A stretch of DNA of 64,000 bases from positions 24,156-88,155 of the forward strand of contig JAKAFK010000005.1 of assembly GCA_021817985.1 (NCBI GenBank). The letters are read 5' to 3'. The translations under genes and the position numbers were made by a program. Source of the DNA: Pseudomonadota bacterium. Its GTDB lineage: Bacteria > Pseudomonadota > Gammaproteobacteria > Burkholderiales > JAKAFK01. The notes under the pieces are model-generated. The model worked only from the letters and a program-made list of their open reading frames with translations, made no database searches and was not told the origin of the DNA. Positions within the stretch are counted from its first letter, which is position 1; every line of letters starts with the position of its first letter. Of the stretch, positions 26,063 to 37,535 are shown one piece after another.

Positions 26063-26200
26063 GACGCCATCAACCCGATCGCCAGAAAGGTCGTGATCCC
26101 GGTAGCGCGCATCGAGGAGTTGATCGGTCGCCAGTGCAATCAGTACCGGCTTGAGAGCGTCATCGAGCGTGGCGCGATGCTGCCCCTTGGCCTCCCGCCA
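26063..26200 (-). pseudogene. YafQ/RelE-family toxin remnant (no start codon, C-terminus lost)
   Basis: The +1 frame relative to the dinJ 3' end reads WREAKGQHRATLDDALKPVLIALATDQLLDARYRDHDLSGDRVDGV. This resembles the middle of YafQ toxins (...KRGKDL.KL..VI.LL....PLP..YRDHPL.G.W.G...). The frame opens right after a stop, has no Met, and loses similarity before the catalytic C-terminal part. Confidence 0.45.
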
Positions 26201-26444
26201 TCAGGTCGTCAACCGTGGCGAACTTCTTGCCCTTGCCCGTTTCCAGCTCGGCGATCGCCTTCTTCGTGGTGGCGTTTGGCACCTTCACATCGAAGGGCAA
26301 ACGTTGTTCGTCGGCGATACGCCGCATCAGCAGACGGATGGCGTCAGAGATCGACAGCCCCATTGCTTCGAGCGCACTGGCAGCGCGATCCTTGGTGTTG
26401 GTGTCGATACGGGCGCGGACGTAGGTGTCGGCGGTAGTGCTCAT
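26160..26444 (-). CDS. dinJ: RelB/DinJ-family antitoxin
   Basis: The 94-aa ORF MSTTADTYVRARIDTNTKDRAASALEAMGLSISDAIRLLMRRIADEQRLPFDVKVPN closely follows the DinJ ribbon-helix-helix N-terminus. Confidence 0.8.
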   Translation of the reverse strand: MSTTADTYVRARIDTNTKDRAASALEAMGLSISDAIRLLMRRIADEQRLPFDVKVPNATTKKAIAELETGKGKKFATVDDLMAGGQGAASRHAR

Positions 26445-27162
26445 GGCAATTCTCCAGGGACGGTTCAGATACTCCGGCTGTAGTCACAATGCGACTACAT
26501 TACAAGGCGTGTGCAGTGCCGTCAAACAGATGTTTTACGACACATCTGCAACAGTCCTCTGCACCACCCCTGGTGGCTGCAAGATTGTGCGGAAAACTCT
26601 GTCGCCATACGCTCGAGTGCTTGTTCCAGGTATTTGGCGCGCTGGCGCAGTAAGCGCGCGCCCTGATCCAGGAGCGCCTCGTCGCCGGCCTGGCCGCCGC
26701 CCGCAAACGCGGCCGGATCGGCGGCCTACCCCAAGGCTGGATGGAGAAAATATCTGCAACAACCTGTTTTACCGTGACAATCAGCGGCAGGCGCAGGGCG
26801 CGCCGCGAAAGCCGCCAAGCAAGCGACGCAGCCGGCAGCGATATCCCAGGCGACTCACCACGCGCTGTCATGGCCATTCAGTGCGATTGAGTGGCGCGGA
26901 TTCTTGCCGTCCCTGCTCTGCCCCTGGAGCGCATGATGTACGGTCATCCAGAGGAACGACAAGGTCAAGCGCATGGCGGGAACGGTCAAGAACCAGCAGA
27001 TACGGATCGAGGATCCGGCGCTACGCATTGTGCGCGTGGAAACCGCACTGGAGATGGCACTGGGCAGGCCAAGGCGGGAAACCGGTGTCGCGAGGCGGCC
27101 ATGACAGCCGCACCGGGACGAGGTTATCAACACCTCAAGTGAGCGGCTGGAGCCCGACTTGC

Positions 27163-28401
27163 CTATTGTTTTTCGGCGAAATAGGCCATTCGCATGCGGG
27201 GGTTGAGATAGGCGATGACCGCCTTGTCCATGCTCTGCGGCCTCAGGGTGTATTCCACTTTGACGTCAGGCTCGTCCTTCATGTCGATGATCAACGCCTC
27301 TGAGCGCGGCGTCGCCGGCTCATAGATCATCACGCTCGGCTTCAGCGGCATCTCTGAATTGGTGCCCACGATCATGCCGAGAACCCCATTCGTCAATTGG
27401 ACGAAGGAACCGGGCGGATAGACGCCCAGTTCGCGGATGAAGAGCGACAACAGGCGGCTGTCGAAGCTGTTGGACTCCTTCGCAAACATGCGCGCGAGCG
27501 CCTCGGCAGGGGTCAACGCATCGGCCAGCCGTATCGGGTTGCACAGGTTGTCGTAGCGGTTGGCAATCGCGACGATGCGCGTGGGTAGGTCGATCTGATC
27601 GAGCATGTGGCCATTGGGAAAACCCTTGCCGTCGGCACGCTCATGATGTCCAGCGATGACGGCGAGCACTTGCGGGTCGACGGCCGATCGCACCATGTCG
27701 GCCCCATAGGGAATGTGCATTCGGTATGCGTTTTCTGCCGCAGCGTTGCGCTGGCTGTTCATGAGTATCGTGGACTTGACCTTTACTTTGCCGATGTCGT
27801 GCAGCATCGCGCCCAACCCCAGAAGCTCCATGCTCTCGGGATCCAGGCCGGCGGCGCGTCCGAGGGTGAGCGCCAGGATCATCGTGTTGGTCGCGTGCTG
27901 GAAGGCGGGCAAATCGACCTTGTCGTAAGAAATGAACGTGAGCGTAACGCCCTCGTCCCCAATGAACGTCGAGGCGATCTGCCGTGCAAGCTGCGCCGCA
28001 TCGTCTGCCGCCTTGGCCGGATCTCGCAGCATGGCTTCGATCGCGGATCGCGTGGAGGTGACCGCCGCGTGATACTCGCGTTCGCGCATGACGATGCGCT
28101 CCCGATATTTGTTCACGCGCTCAATGCGTTCCTGCTTCGCGGCCATCCGCTGGGCATCTTCCGGGGAAAGTTCGGATACCACCGCTTGGGGCACCTTCTT
28201 CAGTTCCAGCGGGCGGGTGGTACTGCGTGCCGGGTCGAAGGCGACCCACTGGATCCCCAGTTTGCGCAGTGTGGCGATCTGCTTGCGATCGGAAATGCGG
28301 AACGAATTGAAAAAGAAGGGATGATCGAGCCAGCCCTTGCCCTCTAGGCAAATGAAGATGCCGGGTTGGAGTTGGTCAACGTGAATGATGGGAAGCGACA
28401 T
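27163..28401 (-). CDS. HD-GYP domain c-di-GMP phosphodiesterase with DUF3391 N-terminal domain
   Basis: Lies within track ORF 27163..28440, with the ATG at 28401 6 nt after GAGG. The DUF3391-like N-terminus reads MSLPIIHVDQLQPGIFICLEGKGWLDHPFFFNSF. HD (LHDIGKV) and GYP-type (GHHERADGKGFPNG) motifs are present. Confidence 0.85.
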   Translation of the reverse strand: MSLPIIHVDQLQPGIFICLEGKGWLDHPFFFNSFRISDRKQIATLRKLGIQWVAFDPARSTTRPLELKKVPQAVVSELSPEDAQRMAAKQERIERVNKYRERIVMREREYHAAVTSTRSAIEAMLRDPAKAADDAAQLARQIASTFIGDEGVTLTFISYDKVDLPAFQHATNTMILALTLGRAAGLDPESMELLGLGAMLHDIGKVKVKSTILMNSQRNAAAENAYRMHIPYGADMVRSAVDPQVLAVIAGHHERADGKGFPNGHMLDQIDLPTRIVAIANRYDNLCNPIRLADALTPAEALARMFAKESNSFDSRLLSLFIRELGVYPPGSFVQLTNGVLGMIVGTNSEMPLKPSVMIYEPATPRSEALIIDMKDEPDVKVEYTLRPQSMDKAVIAYLNPRMRMAYFAEKQ

Positions 28402-28479
28402 CTTGGACCTCGGACACGTGCGGTGCCCCCGCGCCGCCATGGGTACGCAGGGGACACGCCGTCTTGCGGGAAGAAAAAT

Positions 28480-29865
28480 TCAAGGCGTTCCTTGCCTGAT
28501 CGGCAGTGTGATTCGAAAAGTGGTGCCTGTGCCGGGTTCGCTCGTGACGCTGATCTCGCCGCGATGTTTTTTAACGATGGCATATGAAATGGACAGTCCG
28601 AGCCCGGTTCCCTCGCCGACCGGTCGGGTCGTGAAGAACGGTTCGAACACGCGTGCACGAACTGCTTCCGGCATCCCCTGCCCAGTATCGGAGACTTCGA
28701 TGGCGGGCAGGTCGCCATACTCCTTGACCACCTCGGCCTTGCGCCTGATTTCGTTCCAGGCGATGCGCAACGTGCCTTCGAGGCAGCGGTGAACGTCCAC
28801 CGGCTGGAACCCGTCGCCGCCGTCCATGTGGGAGAACTCTTTCAGGTCCTGCACGATGCGGCGGACACGCGCGGTGCCTTCGCGGCATTGGGCGATCAGC
28901 TCGCCGGTATCTTTCGTGAGAAAGGGCAAGTCGGCCTCTTCCCTGGCTTGCCGCACGGCCGTTGCCGCATCGGCGTCGAGATGGCTTTCGGCCGACTCAT
29001 AGACGGAGAGCAAAGAAAACGCGCTCGCGGTATAGCGCTCGAGCGATCCCAGGTTGGCATGCACATAACTGATGGGATTGTTGATCTCATGCGCGATACC
29101 GGCGGCAAGCTGGCCTACGGCGGCCATCTTGTCCGCATGCATGAGCTGCGCCCGCGCCTCCTTCAATTGCTGAATCAGTGCGTCTTGCGCCGCGCGTTCC
29201 TCGCCAAGCAAGCGGTTTCGCTCGCGCAACCGTTCAAGCAGGTCCGCCCTTTCGACGAGATGGGCGACCTCGGCGAGAAACATTTGGGCCATCATCTCGT
29301 CGTGGTCCGTAAAACCGACCGCAACTTCGCGCCGCGCAAGGCAAAGCACTGCGCGGGTTGCACCGCCATAGGTCATGGGGACACTGAGCACCGCATGGGA
29401 GGGCGGGCCCTCGGCAAGCCCGCCCAGGCAGGCAGACTGGGCTGCCTCAAGAATCCGCGCAGGCGGGTGACGCGCTGCGCGCAACGATTCGAGGTGCGCT
29501 TCGATCGCCGAGGGCAGTCCGTGCACCTGAACATGCTCAAGCGATCCGTCCGCGTCAAAGACTGCGAGGGTCGCGCACTGGGCGCGCGCAAGCTCGCAGC
29601 CCACCACAAGGATGCGCTGGTACAGTGCGCTGAGCTGGTGCTCCTCAAGGAAACGCGAACACTGTTCCAGGGTGTCGCTGATCGAGTCGTGGTATAGCGC
29701 GATGCGGACCGTCGCGTCCGCCAGCGCGTCGAGCTGTGCCTCTTGCGCGCGGATGTCCGCCTGCGCCCGTGCGAGAGCGGCCGCCAAGGTGGCGACGCCG
29801 GAAGTCTCGGGCAAACCCTCGCCCTGCGGCGGAGCGCCAGCCCTCAAGCGCTTGCTTTCAGGCAT
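28480..29865 (-). CDS. GAF-domain sensor histidine kinase
   Basis: 461-aa ORF with a coiled-coil region, a GAF-like N-terminal half, an H-box (LAAGIAHEINNPISY) and a HATPase_c domain (DTGQGMP...GTGLGLSISY). Confidence 0.85.
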   Translation of the reverse strand: MPESKRLRAGAPPQGEGLPETSGVATLAAALARAQADIRAQEAQLDALADATVRIALYHDSISDTLEQCSRFLEEHQLSALYQRILVVGCELARAQCATLAVFDADGSLEHVQVHGLPSAIEAHLESLRAARHPPARILEAAQSACLGGLAEGPPSHAVLSVPMTYGGATRAVLCLARREVAVGFTDHDEMMAQMFLAEVAHLVERADLLERLRERNRLLGEERAAQDALIQQLKEARAQLMHADKMAAVGQLAAGIAHEINNPISYVHANLGSLERYTASAFSLLSVYESAESHLDADAATAVRQAREEADLPFLTKDTGELIAQCREGTARVRRIVQDLKEFSHMDGGDGFQPVDVHRCLEGTLRIAWNEIRRKAEVVKEYGDLPAIEVSDTGQGMPEAVRARVFEPFFTTRPVGEGTGLGLSISYAIVKKHRGEISVTSEPGTGTTFRITLPIRQGTP

Positions 29866-30849
29866 TGGCCCTTCCCCGAGCTGGTCGCGTGCAGTTGTTG
29901 TGGTGATGGCAGCGGTTGGATCGACCCATGGGTCATGCTTTCTATCTTTCGGTCAGCGGCTCTCCTGCGCTCGGCCCGCCGGGGCTGGCCTTCGTCCATA
30001 CAACCTTGCGACGACCGGCCTTGCATCGGCGCCACGACTTTCTTCGTGCCGCCGCTCAAAAACGGATTCCAATATAAGCGTATCGGCAGGTTTTCCGCTT
30101 GCTGAAGGCCGTTCTTTCCGGCGCCCCCCTAGGACAAACCGGGGCACTGGCACTGCGCCCGCTGGCCGATCGTGCCCATTCGCCCCGCGAAGCCTGGACG
30201 CGCCGATGGACGACCCGGATATATCCTAGAAGATCATGCTATTGCGGCGATATTGTTATGCTTAACAGCAAGTGCGGATGGTGTTTGCGCGTGCCTGTGG
30301 GTAGACGCATGAACCTCTCCACCGGAGGCTCGCCGCGTGCAAAAAATCGCATGGCCGCCGGCCGTTACGTAAAGGCCGACCCATGGGTTCCGGGGATTGA
30401 CGCCATTGAGGGGCGTGCCTATCGGCGCGAAACGGGCCGCCCAGCATCCGAGCGATCGATGCGCTCGCCCGAGCGCCCGTTGCGATTCAACCCGAGCAGT
30501 CGCGTGAACGTCGATCACGCCGGGTCGATGGGGGTGAAGATGGCGCTTCGGCGAAGGAAAGGCGTGCGCCTCGCCAATGCGCGATGCATGGCTGGGGTTC
30601 GATAGTGCCGCGCCCGTGTCGCCTTTTTCTGGCGGCTCGCCGGTTCCGATAGGCTCCGGATGGGCATGTTCCTTGCGGGGCGTCTGATGTTTGTCCGTCA
30701 TCTTGTGACCCAGCGCGACTGTTCTTCTTGTGAGCGGTTCCCGTCACACATCCATCACATTGGGCCATTACACTGGCCGCACCCGTCAACGCGCTGCCTT
30801 AGCCTCGGCCTAGCGCCAGCCAAGTCGGCGCAAGAATCAGGATGCTGAT

Positions 30850-31626
30850 GTGCTCAACGCAGACCGAAACACCGCCGACATGGGGCATGGCCATCGGGCC
30901 GCTCTTTTTCGCCCCGATTCGCCCAAGGCGCGGGACGCCCAGAGCGTTCGGCCCGGCCTAGAACCCGATCCGGCGTGGGGGCGAGTGGACCTGGATCTCG
31001 TCTTCGAACCCATCGTCAGCGCCTTCGGGCTTCCACCGGGGCGCTCCTACGTCGGTATCCGGGGCGATCCCAGCTTGCGCGAGACCGTGCCGCTCAGGCC
31101 ACGCCAGCCGAGTCGGCTCGACCGCCACGCCCAAAAGGTCCTCGATGCGTGCGCGTGGCTCCTGCGAAGCACGGGATGCTATGCCGTGTACATCGGCTTC
31201 AATTCGGACGAGGTACGTACCGAGTCCGTATTCAATCCTTTCAATTACGAGATCCACGATGCCGATTCGCTGCTCGCGGAGGGCTACCTTGAACGCCATT
31301 TCGTCCAAGTGCCCTATCGCAAGAAGATGGGTATCATTCAGGAAATTCGCAGTACTGCGCAAAAGGGAGGGCTGCGCCGCTACCTTCCGAGAAGTTGGCG
31401 TCGTCTCCTGGACGCGCATCGCCGCACGTGGACGCCTGTGAATCCGGACCTCATTCCTGCCATCATGCAGTCTTTCGCCCGGTTGCGGGACATCGAAGGC
31501 TTCTACCTGCGGCATGCGGCGCTATCGTTGAGTCAGAACATCGTGCGCGCCTCGTTCAATTGCGACGGGACATATGTCATCGCCCCGCACTACTTCCCCC
31601 GCTTCGTCGAAGAGATCGCGCCTTGA
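30850..31626 (+). CDS. hypothetical protein, no family recognised
   Basis: 258-aa ORF with a GTG start (alternative ATG at 30880). The amino-acid composition looks like real coding sequence in the C-terminal 170 residues. No motif recognised, and the start is uncertain. Confidence 0.4.
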   Translation: MLNADRNTADMGHGHRAALFRPDSPKARDAQSVRPGLEPDPAWGRVDLDLVFEPIVSAFGLPPGRSYVGIRGDPSLRETVPLRPRQPSRLDRHAQKVLDACAWLLRSTGCYAVYIGFNSDEVRTESVFNPFNYEIHDADSLLAEGYLERHFVQVPYRKKMGIIQEIRSTAQKGGLRRYLPRSWRRLLDAHRRTWTPVNPDLIPAIMQSFARLRDIEGFYLRHAALSLSQNIVRASFNCDGTYVIAPHYFPRFVEEIAP

Positions 31627-31650
31627 TTTAGGCGCTTGTTGCCCTGGCGT

Positions 31651-33130
31651 TCAAAGCTTCGCTTGCCACCATCCGCCGCCCAGCGCCACAAACAAGCTCG
31701 CGCTGTCCTGCAGGCGCTGCGCCTGGGCACGGACATAGCCTAGGCGGGCTTGCTGGTAGGAGCGTTCGGCATCGATCAGATTGAGGACGGTGCTCTTGCC
31801 GGCGGCGTAGCTTTCCCGCTGCAGCGTCAGCGCGGCGCCCGCGGTGTCGTAGGCCTGCCGCTCCGCGCCCAGCAACTGGGCGTCGTGGGCCAGTGCGCGC
31901 AAGTTGTCCGCAACCTGCTGAAACGACGCCAGCACGGTCTGCTCATAGGTGGCGAGCGACGCGTGATAGGCGTCGACCGCCGCGCGCCGCTGCGCCTCCA
32001 ACGTCCCTCCTTCAAAAATCGGCGCCGTGAGGCCGGCCGTCAGATTCCAGAAACGATTGGCGGTATTGAGGAATGAGGCCCACTGCAGCGACTGCTGCCC
32101 GATGGAGCCCGAGAGCGTGAGGTTGGGATAAAGCTGTGCCGTGGCGATGCCTATGGCGGCACTGGCGGCGTGCAGCTGGGCTTCGGCCGCCAGGATATCG
32201 GGCCGCTGGCGGACCAGCTTTGAGGGCAGCGTCACGGGCAGATCGGAAGGGAGCGTGAACTGTGCCAGCTCGAAATCCGGAGGCGACCACAGGGCGGGCG
32301 CGCGTCCCGCGAGGACGGACAGCGCATGTCTCGCCGCGGACAGCTGCTGGCGCAGCGGAGGGATCGCCGTACGATCCGCCGCGAGCTGCGTTTGCGCGGT
32401 CAGAACATCGGTGCGCGCGACTTTTCCGGCCGCGAACTCCTGCTCCACGAGGGAAAGATTGCGCTCGTCGTCGGCGATCAGGGCCTCGGTCGCCTCAATC
32501 TGCGCACGCAACGAGGCGATCGTGATGGCCTCGGCTGCCGTATTGCCGGTCAGCGCGAGATAGGCTGCCGCCAGTTCGTAGTGCTGGAACTGCGCAAGGG
32601 CGCCTTGCTCCTCCACGGTCCTGCGCGTCAGGCCAAAGACGTCCGGGGAAAAGCTCACGTCGGCCCCCACGGAATAGAGGTTGCTGATCGGCGAAATTCC
32701 GCCGAAGCCGAACGAGGCGTTTCCGGTCGCACTGCGATTGCGCTGGGCGGTCGCGCTGAGTTCGAGGTGAGGGAAATAGGCGCCGCGCGCCGCTGCCACG
32801 ATTTCTTGTGCCTGCGCGAGGGTCGCACGGGCGGCAGCCAATGTCCGGCTGTCGGCGATGGCCTGAGCGATGACCCCATCCAACCGGGACGAGCCGAACA
32901 GACGCCACCACCGGCGGGAGAGGGCTTGTCCCGCATGAAAGTGCTGCGCGGGCTCGCCGGCGACCACCGGGATGACGTTCGGCACGGGCGTTGGGGTATA
33001 GCCCGCGACCGAAGGCGGCGCAGGTCGCGCGAAATTAGGCCCCACCGCGCACCCCGCGAGCCCCGCGATTGCAGCGATGGCGCCCAGGCGCCGGGCCCAT
33101 GCGGCGAGCGAGCGAGGATTGCCCTCTTTC

Positions 33131-33138
<8 letters not shown>
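31651..33138 (-). CDS. efflux outer-membrane factor lipoprotein, NodT family
   Basis: Lies within track ORF 31651..33234, with the ATG at 33138 overlapping the macB stop by 8 nt. It has a lipobox (IAGLAGCAV) and OMF-type coiled repeats. Confidence 0.85.
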
Positions 33139-35203
<2,065 letters not shown>

Positions 35204-35221
35204 CGCGCTATCCCTTCGGCA

Positions 35222-36379
35222 CTAGAAGAACCGCGGGCGCATGGCCCGCGCCGGCTGGGCACCCGTGCGTTCACCGACGATGACCTGCTCACCCGGATGC
35301 AGGTCGCCCGACTTGATTTCGACGGAAACACCGTCGCTCAAGCCGGCCTTGACGGGCACCGTGGCGGGCTTGCCATTCCTGAGGACATACACGCGATCGT
35401 TCGCCGGCACGGTCATTCCCGCGCCCGCCGGACCCGCGGGAGTAAACCGGAGCGCGGCGACCGGCACCGTCAGCACAGCGTCGCGCTGTTCCGTGATGAT
35501 GCGCGCGTTTGCGGTCATGCCGGGAAAGAGCAGCAGCTTGGGATTGGCCACCTCGATGACGGCATCGTACGTCACCACGTTTTGCACGGTGATGGGCGCC
35601 TTCCGGATCTGCCAGACCACGCCATGAAAGGGCTCCTCCGGATAGGCGTCGACCGTGAAGATCGCCTTTTGTCCGACCCGCAGCGCGCCGATGTCCGATT
35701 CGCTCACATTGGTATCGACTTCCATCTTGGTCAGATCCTTGGCGATCAGAAACAAGGTGGGTGTCTGGAAGCTTGCGGCGACGGTCTGGCCGACGTTGAC
35801 GTTGCGCGAAACGACGGTCCCGTTGACCGGAGAGACGATGTTGGTGTAACCGAGATTCACCTTGGCGGCTTCCAGTGCGGCGGCCCGTTGCTGGACCGCG
35901 GCCTGGTCCACCCCGATTTGGGCGAGATCCTGGCGGTACACGCTTCGATCGTTGTCCACAGTGTCCTGCGAAACGATGCCCCGGCCCAGCAGGCCCGCAT
36001 CGCGCCGGTAGTTGATCTTGGCGTAAGCCAGGCTCGCCTGGTCCTTGGTCACCTGCGCCTGGGCGCTGGTCAGGTTGGCCTGTGCCTCGTCGACTGCCAC
36101 CTGGAAGGGTTTGGGATCGATTTTGGCGCAGAGTTGGCCCATCTTCACCCGCGTGTTGTAGTCGCAGTAGATGGCCTGAATCGGACCGGAGACATAGGAG
36201 CCCACCTGGACCGTGATCACCGGGTTGAGGCTGCCCGTGGTGGTCACGGTGCGCTGGACGTTGCCGATCTTGGCCGGGGCAGTCAGGTATTGCACCGGCT
36301 TCGGGCGTTTGAGCCACGCGACGAGTCCTGCAGTGGCAGCAACGGCGACAACCAGTCCAATCCAGACCCGTTTCCACAT
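35222..36379 (-). CDS. macA: MacA/HlyD-family periplasmic adaptor (membrane fusion protein)
   Basis: Lies within track ORF 35222..36685, with the ATG at 36379 7 nt after GGAAGGA. It has an N-terminal TM anchor (MWKRVWIGLVVAVAATAGLV) and lipoyl/barrel-type MFP sequence. Confidence 0.85.
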   Translation of the reverse strand: MWKRVWIGLVVAVAATAGLVAWLKRPKPVQYLTAPAKIGNVQRTVTTTGSLNPVITVQVGSYVSGPIQAIYCDYNTRVKMGQLCAKIDPKPFQVAVDEAQANLTSAQAQVTKDQASLAYAKINYRRDAGLLGRGIVSQDTVDNDRSVYRQDLAQIGVDQAAVQQRAAALEAAKVNLGYTNIVSPVNGTVVSRNVNVGQTVAASFQTPTLFLIAKDLTKMEVDTNVSESDIGALRVGQKAIFTVDAYPEEPFHGVVWQIRKAPITVQNVVTYDAVIEVANPKLLLFPGMTANARIITEQRDAVLTVPVAALRFTPAGPAGAGMTVPANDRVYVLRNGKPATVPVKAGLSDGVSVEIKSGDLHPGEQVIVGERTGAQPARAMRPRFF

Positions 36380-36706
36380 ACCGCTATCCTTCCCCCAACC
36401 CTCAAAGGCCGGCGCTTTTCGCAAACCGGATGCCATACCCGGCGGTTGGAACCCCCCCGGCGAGGAGGCGTTCCTCTGTCGTCCAATGCGTCCACACGCC
36501 CGTCTTGGCGCGCATTTCCGCTGCCATTTTACCCGAGGCTGCTGTAAAGAATTGTATACAATCGTCCCCGTGTCCGGTTCGGCCCTGCCGGACGAATGCG
36601 CACAAGGGGCTTGGGGGCCGCCTGCGGCCGAGCGGCTCGGACGCGGCTCGACGGGAAAACCGCGGAACGGCCGGGTTCCCGCCAAATCGGGGGGCGAGCG
36701 CTCACG

Positions 36707-36982
36707 CTATGGCCGCGGAATATGGAAGCGCTCGCCGGTCTCGGGGTTGAGCCACACCACCACCACTTTTCCCGACACCGGGTCGATGAACTTCTCCTCG
36801 GTCTCCTGCAACGCCTCCCCGGATTTGGGGATCGGCGCATAGCGCCCCTTTTCCAGGAGGATTGCGCCGATCAGGACGATCGCCCAGACGGCGAGTTCCC
36901 AGGCGGGCAGAATGCCGCGGGCGGCCAGAAGAACGCCCAACGCCCCCAGAAGCCCCAGGCCCCACAGAGTGCCTCGCCGCAT
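36707..36982 (-). CDS. small two-TM membrane protein, hypothetical
   Basis: 91-aa ORF whose ATG overlaps the ybjQ TGA (ATGA coupling). It has two hydrophobic helices followed by a soluble tail. Confidence 0.45.
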   Translation of the reverse strand: MRRGTLWGLGLLGALGVLLAARGILPAWELAVWAIVLIGAILLEKGRYAPIPKSGEALQETEEKFIDPVSGKVVVVWLNPETGERFHIPRP

Positions 36983-37311
36983 CAGTCGGTCTCGAGCTTC
37001 TCAGCCACGACGGCCGTGCCGTACGCCACGATCTCGCTCATCGACTGCCCGATTTCTGCGGAGTCGAAGCGCATCATCACGACGGCATTTGCCCCCATCA
37101 GCGAGGCATTGCGGCTCAGGCGATCGATCGCGTGCCGACGGGCATCCTCGAGCATTTCCGTGTATTCCACGATCTCCCCGCCCACGAGCGAGCGCAGTGA
37201 AGCCATGAAATTCCCGCCGAGACCGCGCGACCTCACGGTGACGCCGTATACTTGGCCTATCACGCGCTTGACGCGATACCCAGGAATCATTTCAGTCGTA
37301 ACCACAAGCAT
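36982..37311 (-). CDS. ybjQ: YbjQ-family (UPF0145) heavy-metal-binding-domain protein
   Basis: Lies within track ORF 36982..37398, with the ATG at 37311 after GGAGGGGG. The sequence MLVVTTEMIPGYRVKRVIGQVYGVTVRSRGLGGNF...GANAVVMMRFDS is characteristic of YbjQ. Confidence 0.8.
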   Translation of the reverse strand: MLVVTTEMIPGYRVKRVIGQVYGVTVRSRGLGGNFMASLRSLVGGEIVEYTEMLEDARRHAIDRLSRNASLMGANAVVMMRFDSAEIGQSMSEIVAYGTAVVAEKLETD

Positions 37312-37535
37312 AGCCCCCTCCCCCCGGATGTTCGAAGCGGCGTGACCATCCCCGTCACGTCCTGCGCAATCATCGCACGCCGCTGTCATAAGCTGCAAAC
37401 GGAAGGCGGTCGGACTCTGGCGCCAAAGGCGGCCCGTGCAGTGCCCAGGCCGATACCGGCTTCTTATTTGCGGCCCTGGGTGCTAAAGTATGATCCCCTC
37501 GAGGCGTCTGTCTCTTTGCGTATTGTTACTCCCTG

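Noticed and set aside
26445-27162. ORFs 26425..27303 (plus strand, 292 aa) and 26500..26877 (minus strand) in the gap between dinJ and the HD-GYP gene
   Set aside because: The translations are Arg/Pro/Gly-rich with no motif, and the first one overlaps the HD-GYP gene in antisense. The 0.7-kb gap may contain decayed sequence, but I could not support any call.
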